A stretch of DNA of 64,000 nt from Podarcis muralis (Eukaryota): NCBI RefSeq assembly GCF_964188315.1, contig NC_135662.1, forward strand, positions 87,296,001 to 87,360,000, given 5' to 3'. Position numbers and translations under genes: made by a program. Each line of letters begins with the position of its first letter. Within the stretch, counting starts at the first letter, position 1. Below, piece after piece: positions 47,901 through 60,559 of the stretch. Below the pieces are notes generated by a model. It saw only the letters and a program-made list of their open reading frames with translations, was not told where the DNA came from and made no database searches.

Positions 47901-50900
47901 GAAAGTGGCAATTCTGTGCATGCTTACTTGGCAGTAAGTCCTACTGAAAGAAGGGTACCTACTTCTGAGTAAACATTCATAAAGCAAATGGGATTCCCAC
48001 TTGAATTGCAACTTCTAGCCATGTCACTGAAGACTGGAAATGTTCTTTCTATACTTTCTCCTGGGTTACCATCTAGGAGGGTCTTCTCCCTGAGCTTTGC
48101 CACCACCACTATTCAGGCTTAGGTGGGAGGTTCCAGCAGGTGGTCCCAACTTTTCATGACCTTTCTCTGTATTACAGATCATGGCTGAGCGAGCCGTGGC
48201 AAGTAGCAGCCTCAGCCGATCTGTTACCTTTGAACCTGTCACTCCAGATGACGTCTCTCTACAAGGTAACAAACGTTACAAATCCCATGAGTCCCTTTCT
48301 GGGGCACCTGTCAGCACTTTATCAGTTCCGTGCTCTGACAGCATTGAAGTAATTATTCCCATCCTTGGTCTAAAGAAGCACCCCTGCTTCTTCCTTGAAA
48401 TAAAGTGCTGGATTTGGCTAATAGGACTACCCACCCACCCCAGCTGGCTGGGAGAAGGTTGAGAGAACCCTCAGAACTGTGTCTGGGAAGAGAGAGGTTG
48501 TTCCATCAGGCAAACAGAAATGTTTGTGCTGATGAAGCATTTGTTTCAGTGTGACGTTGAATTCCTCCTTTTGCTTTGGGCAGTTGACATTCTGGATGCC
48601 TTGGGAGAGTCTGTCCGGAAATATGAAGCTTTGTACATTGGCACCTCACCAGTGTCCAAGGCCATGGGTAAGTAGCTGTGCTCTTTGAATTCTGCTACCT
48701 ATCTCTGGTGTGTTCAGTGGGTGAAGTTATTGCTTATGGGGCACCTCCTCCCTTACCAAGTCTGTCAACCCCTAAAATCTGAAGAAGGGGCCCTTCTCTG
48801 TGCCCCAGTTATGGTGGAAGTCTTGAGAGAACCCTGTTCTCTGGCTGATGAGCATTCTCACTTTCCCTTGGATCACCCATTTATTTCTTGCCTCACCACT
48901 TCAGGGATGGATGTGCTAAATACTGCCATCGAAGACCTGGTGGGCAGCCGTGGCCGTGACCAGTGGACTCCATCTGTTGTCAGTGTTTCAGACTCAGTGA
49001 TGCAAGCAGACCAAGCTGAGGTAAGGCTCCTTGTGATACTGGCCACCCTGGCAGCTTTCTCCTCTTACCAAGTGACTGACAGTAGCCATCCTATCTGGCA
49101 TCCTGCCTGCCCCAGAGGCTGAGCGACTGGAAAAGGAGCTAGACCAGAAAGACAAGAGGACCGTTGGACTTTAGTGTAAAGCCAGTCGCTGAATGCCATA
49201 ATCAGGGGTTTGCTACATGTAGTCAGGACATCTTAGCTCTACATATGCCAAGTAGAAATCGAATGATTTTATACCTAATTTCCAATGCCCTAGTTCATCT
49301 ATGAGCTCTCTCCAGATGTTCAAGGCTACACAATCTATGTTATGTGTGTGACCCCAAACTCTGTCTTGCTCTGTCCTGGAAGCATTTGATAATCACCAGC
49401 TTGATGGTGTAGGGATCCTCCATGAGCAGCACAGGCTTCCTCCTGCAGATGTTTCTCCTCCAATGCAGGGAGGGCAGCACAGCAAACATTGTGTTATGAG
49501 TGCAGCCTCAGTATTTTACTGTATGCTAGCCATTTTCCAGGGACGCGGGTGGCGCTGTGGGTAAAACCGCAATGCCTAGGACTTGCCGATCGTATGGTCG
49601 GCGATTCGAATCCCCGCGGTGGGGTGAGCTCCCGTCGTTCGGTCCCAGCTCCTGCCCACCTAGCAGTTCGAAAGCACCCTTAAGTGCAAGTAGATAAATA
49701 GGTACCGCTTTATAGCGGGAAGGTAAATGGCGTTTCCGTGTGCTGCGCTGGCTCGCCAGGTGCAGCTTGTCACGCTGGCCACGTGACCCGGAAGTGTCCT
49801 CGGACGGCGCCAGCTCCCGGCCTCTAGAGTGAGATGAGCGCACAACCCTAGAGTCGGATACGACTGGCCTTCGGGCAGAGGTACCTTTACCTTTACCTAG
49901 CCATTTTCCATGGCAATCATGTGATCTAGACAAAGCTAAGCACTTTCAGATCCCATTTATTTCAGTGAAAGAGATTGATGCCACTGCTTAATTCTCCCAC
50001 CAAAATCAATGGAACCTTAAAGTGCTTCGTTTTGGCTGGATCATACAAGTCCAATTGATTTCAATCAAAGAGTTGAACAGTTTCATTGATCTTTTTCACT
50101 GAATTCAATGGGACTGGATTATGTGCATAGTTTGATTTAATTTATTAAATACAAATTTGGAAAATAGTTCACTAGTGGGCATGCAAACCCCTCATTAGCC
50201 TTTTTGTTCCCAGTGATTTCAGTTTTCAGAGAACAGATGGCAAACACAATAACACTCTGAATCAAGTCCAGAGAAAGTGACTTGTAGCTGGTTTGTTCTA
50301 TTGATTTCAATGAGAACTAATCACAAGTTTCTGTGGAATGAGGCTGAGACAGTTACAAAACATCTTTCCTTTTATTGATCTTTTTTTAAAAATTTGCTGC
50401 CTGCACAAACCCGTTTTAGTCAGAAATACATATTTCTGAAACTGAAGGCAGAACTACAATAAATTTGTTTGAATAAACATTGGTGCAGTCAGAGAAAATA
50501 CCGATACATTCTGTTCATAGGCTCTCACAAAATAAAACAAACTGTCTATAAGAATTATGTGCTGGTGGCAGTTCTAATTGTTAGGCACAATCTCAAAGCA
50601 GAATACCAGAATAATGCTGCCACTTAAGGTATACATTTTAGCGGTAGTCACAAATCATTAGGAGGCATTGCTGGGGTCTCCATTGAGATCCTGCATGTAC
50701 ACTGACTGACAGCTTCCTTGGTTCACTTGAGTATTCTTCACTCTGCACACCCCTTCACGTGTCTTTTTTTAAAAAATCAACCTTCTACTGCCCACCACCA
50801 AGAGTGCCAAAGGGTGAAGGAGGAATTAAGAAAGGAAGCAGTGGAGGGTAACATCAGGGGGACAGAAAAGTCTGTTGTAGAAAACTGCTGCAGCCCGTAT

Positions 50901-53900
50901 TTATTTAAGTTAAGACCTTTCTTTGGATGGACTGAATTGGTACAGAAGACAGCAAAAATGATATTATCTGGTGAAAGAAATGACTAAAGAGTTGCCTGTG
51001 ATACACGCTGGGCAGCAGCATTTCCCCACTGTTTCCTAATACCTTACGAGATCCCCCCTTCTTTTGCTAATTTCTGCCAAATGGTTGAGCACCTGGCACG
51101 TACCATTTTATTTTAGTAAAATTGTGAAAGTGGTTGGGATTTTCCCCTGGAGCTGCACTGAGCCTCTGGGGTGCTGCACAACTATGGGGAAGACCCCCCT
51201 CCCTTCTTTCCAGTTCCAAAGGAAGGCTAGAGATGGTGCTCAAAATTGTCAGGTTTGGAACTTAACAGGTTAAGAAGTTCCCAGGATGCCTCAATTCTGA
51301 CGTCAGCTTCTAGAAGCTGGGAGGAGTTTGGGAGGAGTTTCCTCTTCCCCTCTGGTCGTTGAGGGAGAAAGACGTAGCCGGTAATGGCGGAAAGGAGCCC
51401 AGGAGATTCCTGGGGGAATGTCGGAATAAAGAGCTGAAAAGGACAAACCTGGACTCTGTGTGTGTTTGTCAAAGGACGTGACAGTTTCATCACCGCTGTG
51501 TTTATCTCTGCTAAGGTGTGACTGGAGCTACCGGACGACGGAGCTGAATGGCGCAGCTGAGGGAAGCGCGCAGGACCGGGCTGCCATAAATCGCTAATTG
51601 AGGACCAATAAATCAATTAGCTGGGGTCCCAAAATACCAATTTCGCCACAGGTTATGGGTAATTACCGCTTGTAAAACTGTCACTCAAGAAGTGCCGGAA
51701 TGCGTTTGAAGCTGGCCGGAGGTCGGAGGCTGCTTTCAGTGAGTCTCGCCTGATGTCGAGGAGTTTTTTTTGCCTGGTGTTAAAAGGCAAGGAGAGCTGC
51801 GGAGTTTAAAAGCAGCTGGCTGAAAGACGCAAAGTGTTTGCCTGTGCCGAGGAAACGTTTCTCCACGGAAGGGAGAGCCAGAGGAGCTGAAACTGGTCCG
51901 TAAGTACAGCTTGGGGCCCCTTGGGAGAACGGAAGAGGATGGCAGGCTGCCAGGTCTTGGAGGACATTCCATGCTCACTTTAAGAAGTTGGGCAACCTGG
52001 CTGCTGACCTGAGGTCTACTGTTCTGGGTGCCAGGAAGCCAGAGGCCGTTTGCCTAGTGCTCCAGGGAATTTGTGAGGCTGGAGGCGGACAGCAAGTGCT
52101 GGGAGATGGCTGCTTCAGAGCAGAAGGCAAGATGGCGCTGACCACCTTCGTGAGAGCCGGTGCACAGCTGGGAAGGGCTGTGGGCCCCAGAGGGGGGGCG
52201 AAAGGGCTATCTGGGATTGTGCTGCATTTGCTGTGAAGCTTCAGCAGGAGGCCAGAGCCTGGAGAAGGAATACAAAAGCCTAAAAAGGCTGGAGCCCCTG
52301 TCCCTGATGCTTTAGCCACAAGGAGTGCTGCTGAGCAGGTCGGGGGGGCGAAGGTTTCCAAAGGCAAGTTTAAGAGCCTGCTGGAATGAAGTGGCGGTTC
52401 AGAGGGGGCAAAGCTGGCAAGGAGTGCTTTTCCGGAAGAAGGAGAAGGAGGCCAGCGGGAGGAGCCCAAGGCAGTGATTTTCCACTGGAGTTCGTCATTG
52501 CTACACGTGTAATGCAACGGGACGCTTGCGACGCTGCTGCCCATGGAGAGCGGAGACAGCTGGGCAGGAAGGTCCCAAGGTCAACCAGCTGAGTTCTCAC
52601 AGGGAGTCAGTCTGGGAGAGGAGGCCAGCGTGGGAACGCAAGGGAAGGACGTGTCTCAGACGCTGGGGAGGGTTGTTTTTCTCATCACTGCTTCTATGGC
52701 AGCTGTGCAGAACACTCCAGCCAGGACACGGTGACACGCTGGGTGTTTTGGTTTCTGCTATCAGGCAGCACCTGATAGGCAAACTGCGGAACTGCAGGGC
52801 TGTTTTCAACAGGATTGACTGTTATGTTCACAGACAGAGCACAAAAAATCAGTCTGTGGTGTGGCTAACGTGTTTTTCTCTCTCCTTTACTGGAGGAGCA
52901 AGGGGTCTACGTTGTGCCGGGACTGAATAGTTGTCGGTTATCTGTATCTGCTCTAATGACGCAGGGGTTCAAAAATGTGCTTTGAAAATGATACCTGTTC
53001 CATTTTCAGAGGGGGGCGACAACGGGTCAACACGAAGAGCAAGGACAATTTCTTTGTTCTGGAGACACCTCTGGAGGGTGGTGGGAATGCTGAAAAAAGC
53101 ACAGGTGCAGTGTGCTAAGGTTCCTAGTCATGTGCAAAAGTTGCACAGGTGCACAAAAGGGTACAAACTCTGGAAATGTGGGAGGTCCCTAGGGTGCAGG
53201 GCATGCAAAGGTGCAAAGGTACTTGGTTTTCCCGGGTTTGGGAGGGTAGCCAAGGAAGCTTTTGAGCTTGTTCACACAGATCTGTCATGACCCATGGGGT
53301 GTGAGAGTCTGGGTGGGGCCAGGTATGTACTGTCGCTGACAGATGGCCACAGCCAGGTTGGCTGGTGTCTCTCTCTCAAATCACAGGGGGAGGCGGCGCA
53401 ACTGATCAAGGATTGGGTTGCGGAGGTGGAACTAAAGTTTTCCACCAAGGTGCAAGGGTTCAAGAGCGACCGAGGGTCACAGTTTACTGGGTCTGCTCTG
53501 GAGGAGTTTTTCAAGGAAAAGGAAATACGTCACCAGGTGACGGGTGCAAAGTCTTCTCAAGGGAGAAGGGGGGCTGTGGCTGAGCCCGGTGACGGGGATC
53601 AGGTCCAGAATCAGGGTTCAAAACCCGGTGATGGGGACCAAGTCCAGGGTCAGGGTTCAGGGCAGGTTTGGGCATCTCCAAGGGTTGTGAAAGGAGTGTC
53701 CAGGTGTGAGGCTTCATCTCCGGTAATGGAGAAAGCTCACAAACAGGGTGTCAAGTCAGAGGGGGAAGAGTCTGACGGAGAAGACACAGCTGCTGGCTCT
53801 AAAGGGTCAGTAGGGTATCAGATCACAGGTGCGTGGAAAAGTGTCGCACAGTGTGATTCTGGGAGTGTTGAAGGGGTTCAACAGGTGCCTGGGAAAGATG

Positions 53901-55981
53901 CCGGGAAGGGGCACAAGGCAAAGGGGAAGGTGTTGAACTCAAAAGGGTCTTGCCAGAATGTGAGGCATAGAGGGGGTGTCAGGTTTGGAACTTAACAGGT
54001 TAAGAAGTTCCCAGGATGCCTCAATTCTGACGTCAGCTTCTAGAAGCTGGGAGGAGTTTGGGAGGAGTTTCCTCTTCCCCTCTGGTCGTTGAGGGAGAAA
54101 GACGTAGCCGGTAATGGCGGAAAGGAGCCCAGGAGATTCCTGGGGGAATGTCGGAATAAAGAGCTGAAAAGGACAAACCTGGACTCTGTGTGTGTTTGTC
54201 AAAGGACGTGACAGTTTCATCACCGCTGTGTTTATCTCTGCTAAGGTGTGACTGGAGCTACCGGACGACGGAGCTGAATGGCGCAGCTGAGGGAAGCGCG
54301 CAGGACCGGGCTGCCATAAATCGCTAATTGAGGACCAATAAATCAATTAGCTGGGGTCCCAAAATACCAATTTCGCCACAAAAATTCCTCTGCAACACAC
54401 TGCCTGGCTTTGCTTTCCCTCTGGCTTAACGCTGCAATCCTATGTACATTTATGGAGGAGGAAGCCCCAATGAATACAACGTAAGGGCTGGGCTGAAGGA
54501 GAGGGACAGAATCTTAGTGACCACATATTTTAGGCTGGTTACTAAAGCCAACCACAGTTTGTGGTTCCCTCTGGATCTCACTGCTGTAAGGATTACAGAA
54601 AGATAATCAAGAGCCCTGCTCAAGGACTTCCGCTTGTGCAACAGGGATTTCCTCTCCCCACCCCACCCCCACAACTGGCTCTGAGGGGTCAGAAGAACTC
54701 CAAGAACAGTGCATGGGTGGGGGGAGGAGAGGGGAGATCATTCCATCAGGCAAGCTGCAGTATAACACTGAAATCCACCTTTTTTCTTATTGTTTTCATT
54801 TAGCATGCTTTACAATGTTGGAAGCCTATGCTATGATTATGTATTAAATTTGTATATCAAGGCCACTGCATCAGGTTTATTAGAATGTGTACACAGGTTC
54901 AATATTTGGCCTAGGACATATAAATATTAGTACCTAGGATAAAACTGAAATGCAGGAAGAATGGTGGGCTTGATGCATCCTTAAGTCTAATCTTTTTTGT
55001 GTTCTTTCTTGAGGCTGAGGACGAGGACGGCTCTTGCCTGTGGGAATGTCAGGTCCGCTATGTGACTTTTATTGGGATTGGGAAAGACGCCCACACCTTC
55101 GCACTCATTACTGACATGGGCCAACAACGTTTCCAGTGCACAGCTTTTTGGTGTGAGCCAGATGCCGGCACCATCTCAGAAGCGGTGCAGGCCGCATGCA
55201 TGGTAAATGCCAAGACATTTAAGCAGGGCTTGCTCAGTAGTTCATGCCCATTTATTTATTGACTACATTTACATCCCACCTTTTTTCCACCACAGGATCC
55301 CAGGCGCCATACGTAAGGTTCCCTTCCAAACACTGGCCACGCACTGTTCAGCTTCTGCAAAGGGGCTGCACCCTTTGCTAGGCCTCTTAACCAACACTGC
55401 CCACTTTGAGCTTCAGAGTGGACCAATCTCACCCCACTTCCACCCCTTCAGTTAGAAACCCTAGTGTTTGATCTCTGCCCTCAGCAGCTTCAAAGCATCT
55501 GAAGCTGGGATCCTGCATCAAAGGGTCTCATATGTGCATTGTAAGCAAGCATTGATGATGCTGTTGGAGCTCTCTCTCCCCCCCCCCCCCCCCCGCACTT
55601 ATAAATGTGCTGCTCTGAGCTTTATAAGCCTATATCATAGACTGAAAGAATTTATGTCAGGAAATAACTAGATTCAGCAACCACCAGGTTTTGGTAAGCT
55701 CTGCCCTTTGTAAATCCACCATGATTTGCTTATTGCTTTTTTGGTAGGTCCAGTATCAAAAGTGCTTAGTGGCTTCTACATCGCGAATGAGACCAAAGAG
55801 TGGCTCACGCTCCATCCTGAAGATGAAAAGGACAGTGTCAGTGGACTCGCCAGTCTGTTCCTTCCCTGTCACAGGGCACTCCCTGCAGAAAAATGGCAAC
55901 GCGGCCACTACACGCAAGAGGGGTTTATTCTCATTCTTCGAAGCATTTCGCCAAAAACATTCCATACTACACACCCCTTAG
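35278..55981 (+). CDS. APBB3: Amyloid-beta precursor protein-binding family B member 3 (FE65L2): WW, PTB1 and PTB2; 490 aa with microexon
   Basis: Exons 35278-35326 ([16 protein letters not shown]), 41857-42035 (WW: [29 protein letters not shown]), 43224-43300, 43834-43894, 46097-46243, 46949-47076, 47423-47428 (microexon), 47510-47624, 48178-48265, 48584-48667, 48905-49020, 55014-55202, 55748-55981. Phases are consistent; total 1473 nt. Confidence 0.95.
45655..45716 (-). mobile_element. CR1 LINE extreme 3' end
   Basis: AGAATAATAGAATTGTAGAGTTGGAAGGGACCCCAAGGGTCATCTAGTCCAG is the reverse complement of the CR1 tail. Confidence 0.75.
47423..47428 (+). CDS. APBB3: 6-nt microexon GGACAG of APBB3 (adds Asp-Arg in PTB1)
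   Basis: AG at 47421-47422 and GTAAGG donor at 47429; frame-preserving (GGC AG|G GAC AG|G GAT gives GRDRD). An upstream pyrimidine tract is followed by TGC motifs. Confidence 0.85.
49540..49896 (+). mobile_element. Sauria SINE with 14-bp target-site duplication
   Basis: TSD CTAGCCATTTTCCA at 49526-49539 and 49897-49910; full head and (ACCTTT)n tail. Confidence 0.95.
51247..51650 (+). repeat. 5' LTR (404 bp)
   Basis: Starts TGTCAGG and ends CGCCACA; I found no difference from 53977-54380 on line-by-line reading. Confidence 0.95.
53977..54380 (+). repeat. 3' LTR (404 bp)
   Basis: Direct repeat of 51247-51650. Confidence 0.95.
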
Positions 55982-58021
55982 CCCAAAATATATGGTGTGA
56001 GACAGGGATGGTGGGCCCCTCGTGATACTTAACAGTGGCCTTCCTTTGATATCCAGGTTCAGAATGTAAATAGCGTACTTTTGCCTGTTGACTCTTTCAT
56101 TGAATCTAAGAGCCAACAGATCCAAGGAAATCTGGCCCCTGAGAGAGGTCTGTGGCTGATTCTAGACATGTTATGCATAGTTTTGCTAGTCCTTTGCCAT
56201 GTAGATGCTATGAGAAGGAGGCAATGTTGCTTTCAGGGGGAAGAATAAACAAAGCTGCACCTGAATGTTCCGATAATGTTCCCTGGCATGTGGAGTAGGC
56301 AGCATCTAATGCACCACACAGGCTTAAAACGCTGCTCCTGCTTGCCCAGGTGGGTTATGGAACAGGGCAGAGCAGGCATGCCAGCTTGAAGCAGTAGCTC
56401 CACTTGGTTTTTTGCAGTAAAAGCTGTGAGTATCACCACTCTTCCTTCCCCAGCTTGCAGCATGAATGCTTGGCATACGAAACCTGACTGCAACCCTAGG
56501 CAGGCCATGGAACAGCCACTCGTGTTAATTTGCGGCAGCAAATAGATGCTTGTGAGCCTCTGGATTTATCAGATGTCAGTACAGATAGACATTTCCCTTG
56601 AAAAGTGACAAATAGTCTCTTCTTTTTGAATCGGCATACTGAGATATAAGGACTCTCTCAACCCCCCTCCCTCCCTAAATCTGCTCCATAACAGTCCAAC
56701 ACAGGGGGAGGACGGGGGGTCCACGTTTTATTGTGCAATTGGATGTTCTTCACACAGTGCCATGTTGGCTACTTCCCATACACTGTTCCATCGATGCCAC
56801 CACACTATTATCTCTTCACAGTATAGCCTGCAACAGGCCTGTGTTTCTTTGGCAACGTCTGGGCTAATCCTTTAACTTCTGTACGTGCTGTAGCAACTAT
56901 TCTTTTGAAACAAGCCAGTGACCATAATGAAGCCTAGAATAATCAAAGGGTGCACTTAGCTCCAGTGCTCACTAGCAAAATGTCTGGTATGTGAGTGAGA
57001 GAGTCATCAGCACTCATTACGGTCCTAATAACACCAGCATGCCTAGTCAGGCACTTGGATTGGGAACAATGAATTGACCAGGCCATCACTGTAGGACCCA
57101 ATGCTGGCTAGCAACTCTGACAGACAAAAGTGATTCACACTTGTAAGATGCAGGTAAGGAGAATATAAAGCTGCCTGTTGATTCTCCCCCCCTTTTTTTT
57201 TTTAAAAAGAGAAAGCCTATAAATATTGAGAGCTTATTGCACCAACATTGGCAAAAGTGACTGCTGAGTCTCATTTGATCTGTGTCCAGAAATGGGGAGT
57301 GAGGCTGGTGCGATGAAAGGGTAAATCTCCAAACAAGTTCCTTTCTTTTCTGTTTGGGAGATAAGGTAACCCATCAACTTTATCTTATTTATAATTAGCC
57401 CCAGATTAAGATAGACTCAAGTCTACCTCAGTGATACTTTATATCTGATCATTTGTGCAAATAAACTACTAATATGGAAGAAATCTAGAGTTGTTTTATC
57501 TTTGGTCTCTGTTTCCACGTAATTTTATTGGTGCTAGAATGAGCTGCTGATATCGGTGCGAAATGAATTACTTCCCTTTGGTGTCACTGTCCAATGCCAA
57601 CTCTATGGCCATGCTCACTTCAAGGCTAAATTGGAAGTGGAAAATGCCAAGTTCTGAATGAGGAGCTGAGTCCTTTTCTATGATATAAGTAGGCAGAAAG
57701 GGGGATAGGCAGCAAGTAAGCCTAGATTGAACAGCTCCTGCCTCCTGTGGTTTGTTACCTACCATGAATGGCAGCAGAGAAGTGGAGTAAATGGAAGGAG
57801 TGAATGGATATTAGCAGGAACAGTGTGAGGTGAGTGGTCTGCCATCTGTATAGCTGCTCATTTTCTAATGTGCCTTGGTCCAAAGAGTAGGGATATCTGC
57901 AGAGAATAGACCTTTAGGAGAAAAACTACCAAAGGCCTATTAAAGCCCAAAGATAAATGCCTCCATACAGAGGAAACGTCTATGAAAGGGATTAAGGCCC
58001 AACTAAAACAACTAAAACAGT

Positions 58022-58376
58022 GGACGCGGGTGGCGCTGTGGGTAAAACCTCAGCGCCTAGGACTTGCCGATCGCATGGTCGGCAGTTCGAATCCCTGTGG
58101 CGGGGTGCGCTCCCGTCGTTCGGTCCCAGCGCCTGCCAACCTAGCAGTTCGAAAGCACCCCCGGGTGCAAGTAGATAAATAGGGACCACTTACCAGTGGG
58201 AAGGTAAACAGCGTTCCATCTGCTGCACTGGCTCGCCAGATGCAGCTTGTCACGCTGGCCACGTGACCCGGAAGTGTCTGCGGACAGCGCTGGCTCCCGG
58301 CCTCTAGAGTGAGATGAGCGCACAACCCTAGAGTCTGGCAAGACTGGCCCGTACGGGCAGGGGTACCTTTACCTTT
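58022..58376 (+). mobile_element. Sauria SINE
   Basis: Same family as the 18371, 21244 and 49540 copies; AAAACAACT occurs on both sides. Confidence 0.92.
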
Positions 58377-58649
58377 AAAACAACTTATGAGAAATTCAGG
58401 ATTGTACCTTTGTGGTATGCTTAAGGACAGGAATCTTGTGTGATTGAACTCAAACACTGTACATGGAAAATATAGTAATTCATGCTGGATTAATTTTAGA
58501 CAAAGCTGTTAAAATGACTTAACCCAAAGGGCTTATGGAAATACTGGGCCTTGGGCTGTGCACTTTCATGAAACAAAAAGGCAAAGACGCAACAGACCAT
58601 TAGACACTGGCTGTGCAGAGACTGGCATGCAATAAAACAAAAACTCTGT

Positions 58650-58899
58650 ACGGTCATACGTTTGCTTCAGGTTGAATCTTTTCAGGTTGCGTCCCGCGGC
58701 GACCCGGAAGTAACAGAACGGGTTACTTCTGGGTTTTGTCACTCGCGCATGCACAGACACTCAGAATGATGTCACACACATGCGCAGACATGGCAAATTG
58801 TGACCCGCGCACACGCAGATGCACAGACTGGGTTGCATTCTGCTCATGATGCGAACGGGGCTCCGGAATGGATCCCATTTGCACCCAGAGGTACCACTG
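58650..58899. mobile_element. Tc1/mariner-type MITE remnant
   Basis: Right TIR GAGGTACCACTG plus TA; the left boundary is uncertain. Confidence 0.6.
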
Positions 58900-59499
58900 T
58901 ATTAACAATGCATGTGCAATGCTGTGGGGGAACTGTAAGGAGAGCCTGCTGGATCAGGCCAGGGGCCCATCTAGTCCAGCAACCTATTCTCACAGTGGCC
59001 AACCATATGCCTGCAGGAAGCCCAAAAGACCTGAGCATAACAGCACTCGACTTTCCTGTGGTTTCAAGCAACTGGTATTCAGAAGCGTCACTGCCATCAA
59101 TCATGGAGAAAGAACAGAGCCATCATCAGGGTTATTAGCCAAGTGGAGTATGTGTAGGAAATATAATACAATTTTTTGTTTTATTATATAAACAGGCAGG
59201 CAAACAAACGTCATATAATCCACACAGTGACTGAGATGCAATGCCTATCTCTAGCTACAAAACATAAGGATTATGGTAAAGATAGCAAGGTCACTTAATA
59301 TGGGAAATATCATAATGACAGCAGCACTGATTGACAAATAGCATGAAAAAAGAGTTACATGGCCTGCTGGTATGATTGCCAGGATGCTCCAAGATGAAGC
59401 TAATCAAATGCAGAACGAGTCATGCATGAGCTGCAGTGATTGCCAAAAAGTGCAAACCAAAGATGAATAGCTTTTGCCATCTATGTTCTGGTTCCCTCT

Positions 59500-59790
59500 A
59501 GGTTAGGTTACGGCAATGTGTTATAAGGAGGCTGTCTTGGAAGATGGTTCAGAAACTCCAGCTGGTGCACCAGGACAAGAAGGTTTAAGCACATTACACT
59601 GATCCTGGCCCAACTACACTAGCTGCCAGTTAGTTTCTGGGCCCAATTCAATGTGCTGGTTTTGACCTATAAAGTCTTAAATGGCTCAGGATCGCAGTAC
59701 CTCAAGGCCTGCTTCCTCCCTATGAACTGACCTGGACCCTGCGATCCTAAACGGAGGCCCTTCTTTGGCATACAGCTGATGAGGGCCTGG
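59500..59790 (+). mobile_element. Decayed L2-type LINE fragment
   Basis: Remnants of the KLQLVQ...HITLIL..LH.LPV...QFNVLVLTYKVLNG L2 ORF2 C-terminal motif. Confidence 0.6.
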
Positions 59791-60181
59791 GCCAGTTATG
59801 GGAAGCCGGCAAGCGGGACCAGAGCCCAAGAGCAACTCTCCCCTCCTGCGCTTTCCAGCAACGGGAACTTGGAAGCAGTTATATGTTTTTAACGGTTGCT
59901 ATATCTGCATTGTCTCTGTTATACCTAACTGCAAATTCAAATGTATCCCTATCGTGGTTTATGACTTCCTTGATATTGTATGTGGCTGGAACTGGTCTGT
60001 GACCGAAATAATAAAAATCCCTCCTCCTCCTCCGCGAACTGCTCTGATCCTGAAGCCACCCGAGTTGGTCTCCGAGTGCCAGCCAGAGGGAGCGAGTTCC
60101 GCAGGTCCGACCCAGCGCGGCCTGAAAAAGTCCTTTCTTTTCTCTGCCCACAATCATTTCTTGTCTTTCTTTTATAAATTT

Positions 60182-60183
<2 letters not shown>

Positions 60184-60213
<30 letters not shown>
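60184..60213. repeat. (TTG)n microsatellite
   Basis: Pure trinucleotide run. Confidence 0.93.
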
Positions 60214-60214
<1 letters not shown>

Positions 60215-60463
60215 AACATGGTTATTAAAAAGGCGCTGCTTTTCTGCACAGCAACGGCGGGGACCCACCGAGTTGTTAATATGATTTTAATTAAATGTGT
60301 ATATTCATATCCACATTCATTTTTCTAAGTATTACCTTTGAGTAATGGCAGCCCTGTTCAGGGAAGTTTTTAATATGTAACGCTGTACTGTTTTTAACAC
60401 TGATTGGGAGCCGCAGAGAGTGGCTGGGGAAACCCAGACAGATGGGCGGGGTATAAATAATAA

Positions 60464-60536
<73 letters not shown>
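60464..60536. repeat. (TTA)n microsatellite just upstream of the SRA1 CpG island
   Basis: Long pure trinucleotide run. Confidence 0.95.
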
Positions 60537-60559
60537 GAGTTACGCAGCAACCTTTACCT

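Larger units (their letters stand above)
51247..54380 (+). mobile_element. Ty1/copia LTR retrotransposon, internally deleted (gag-PR-partial IN, no RT/RNase H)
   Basis: Two 404-bp TG...CA LTRs; 5-bp TSD AAAAT (51242-51246, 54381-54385); copia-type PBS GGTTATGGG at 51651; polypurine tract AGAGGGGG before the 3' LTR. Relics: zinc knuckle [14 protein letters not shown], copia protease flank VYVVPGL..LSVS, integrase [10 protein letters not shown]...SLGGARYV...FKSDRGSQF. Confidence 0.93.

Noticed and set aside
51227-51616. Duplicated 129/135-aa minus-strand ORFs (also 53939-54346)
   Set aside because: They are the antisense reading of the two identical LTRs, not a duplicated gene.
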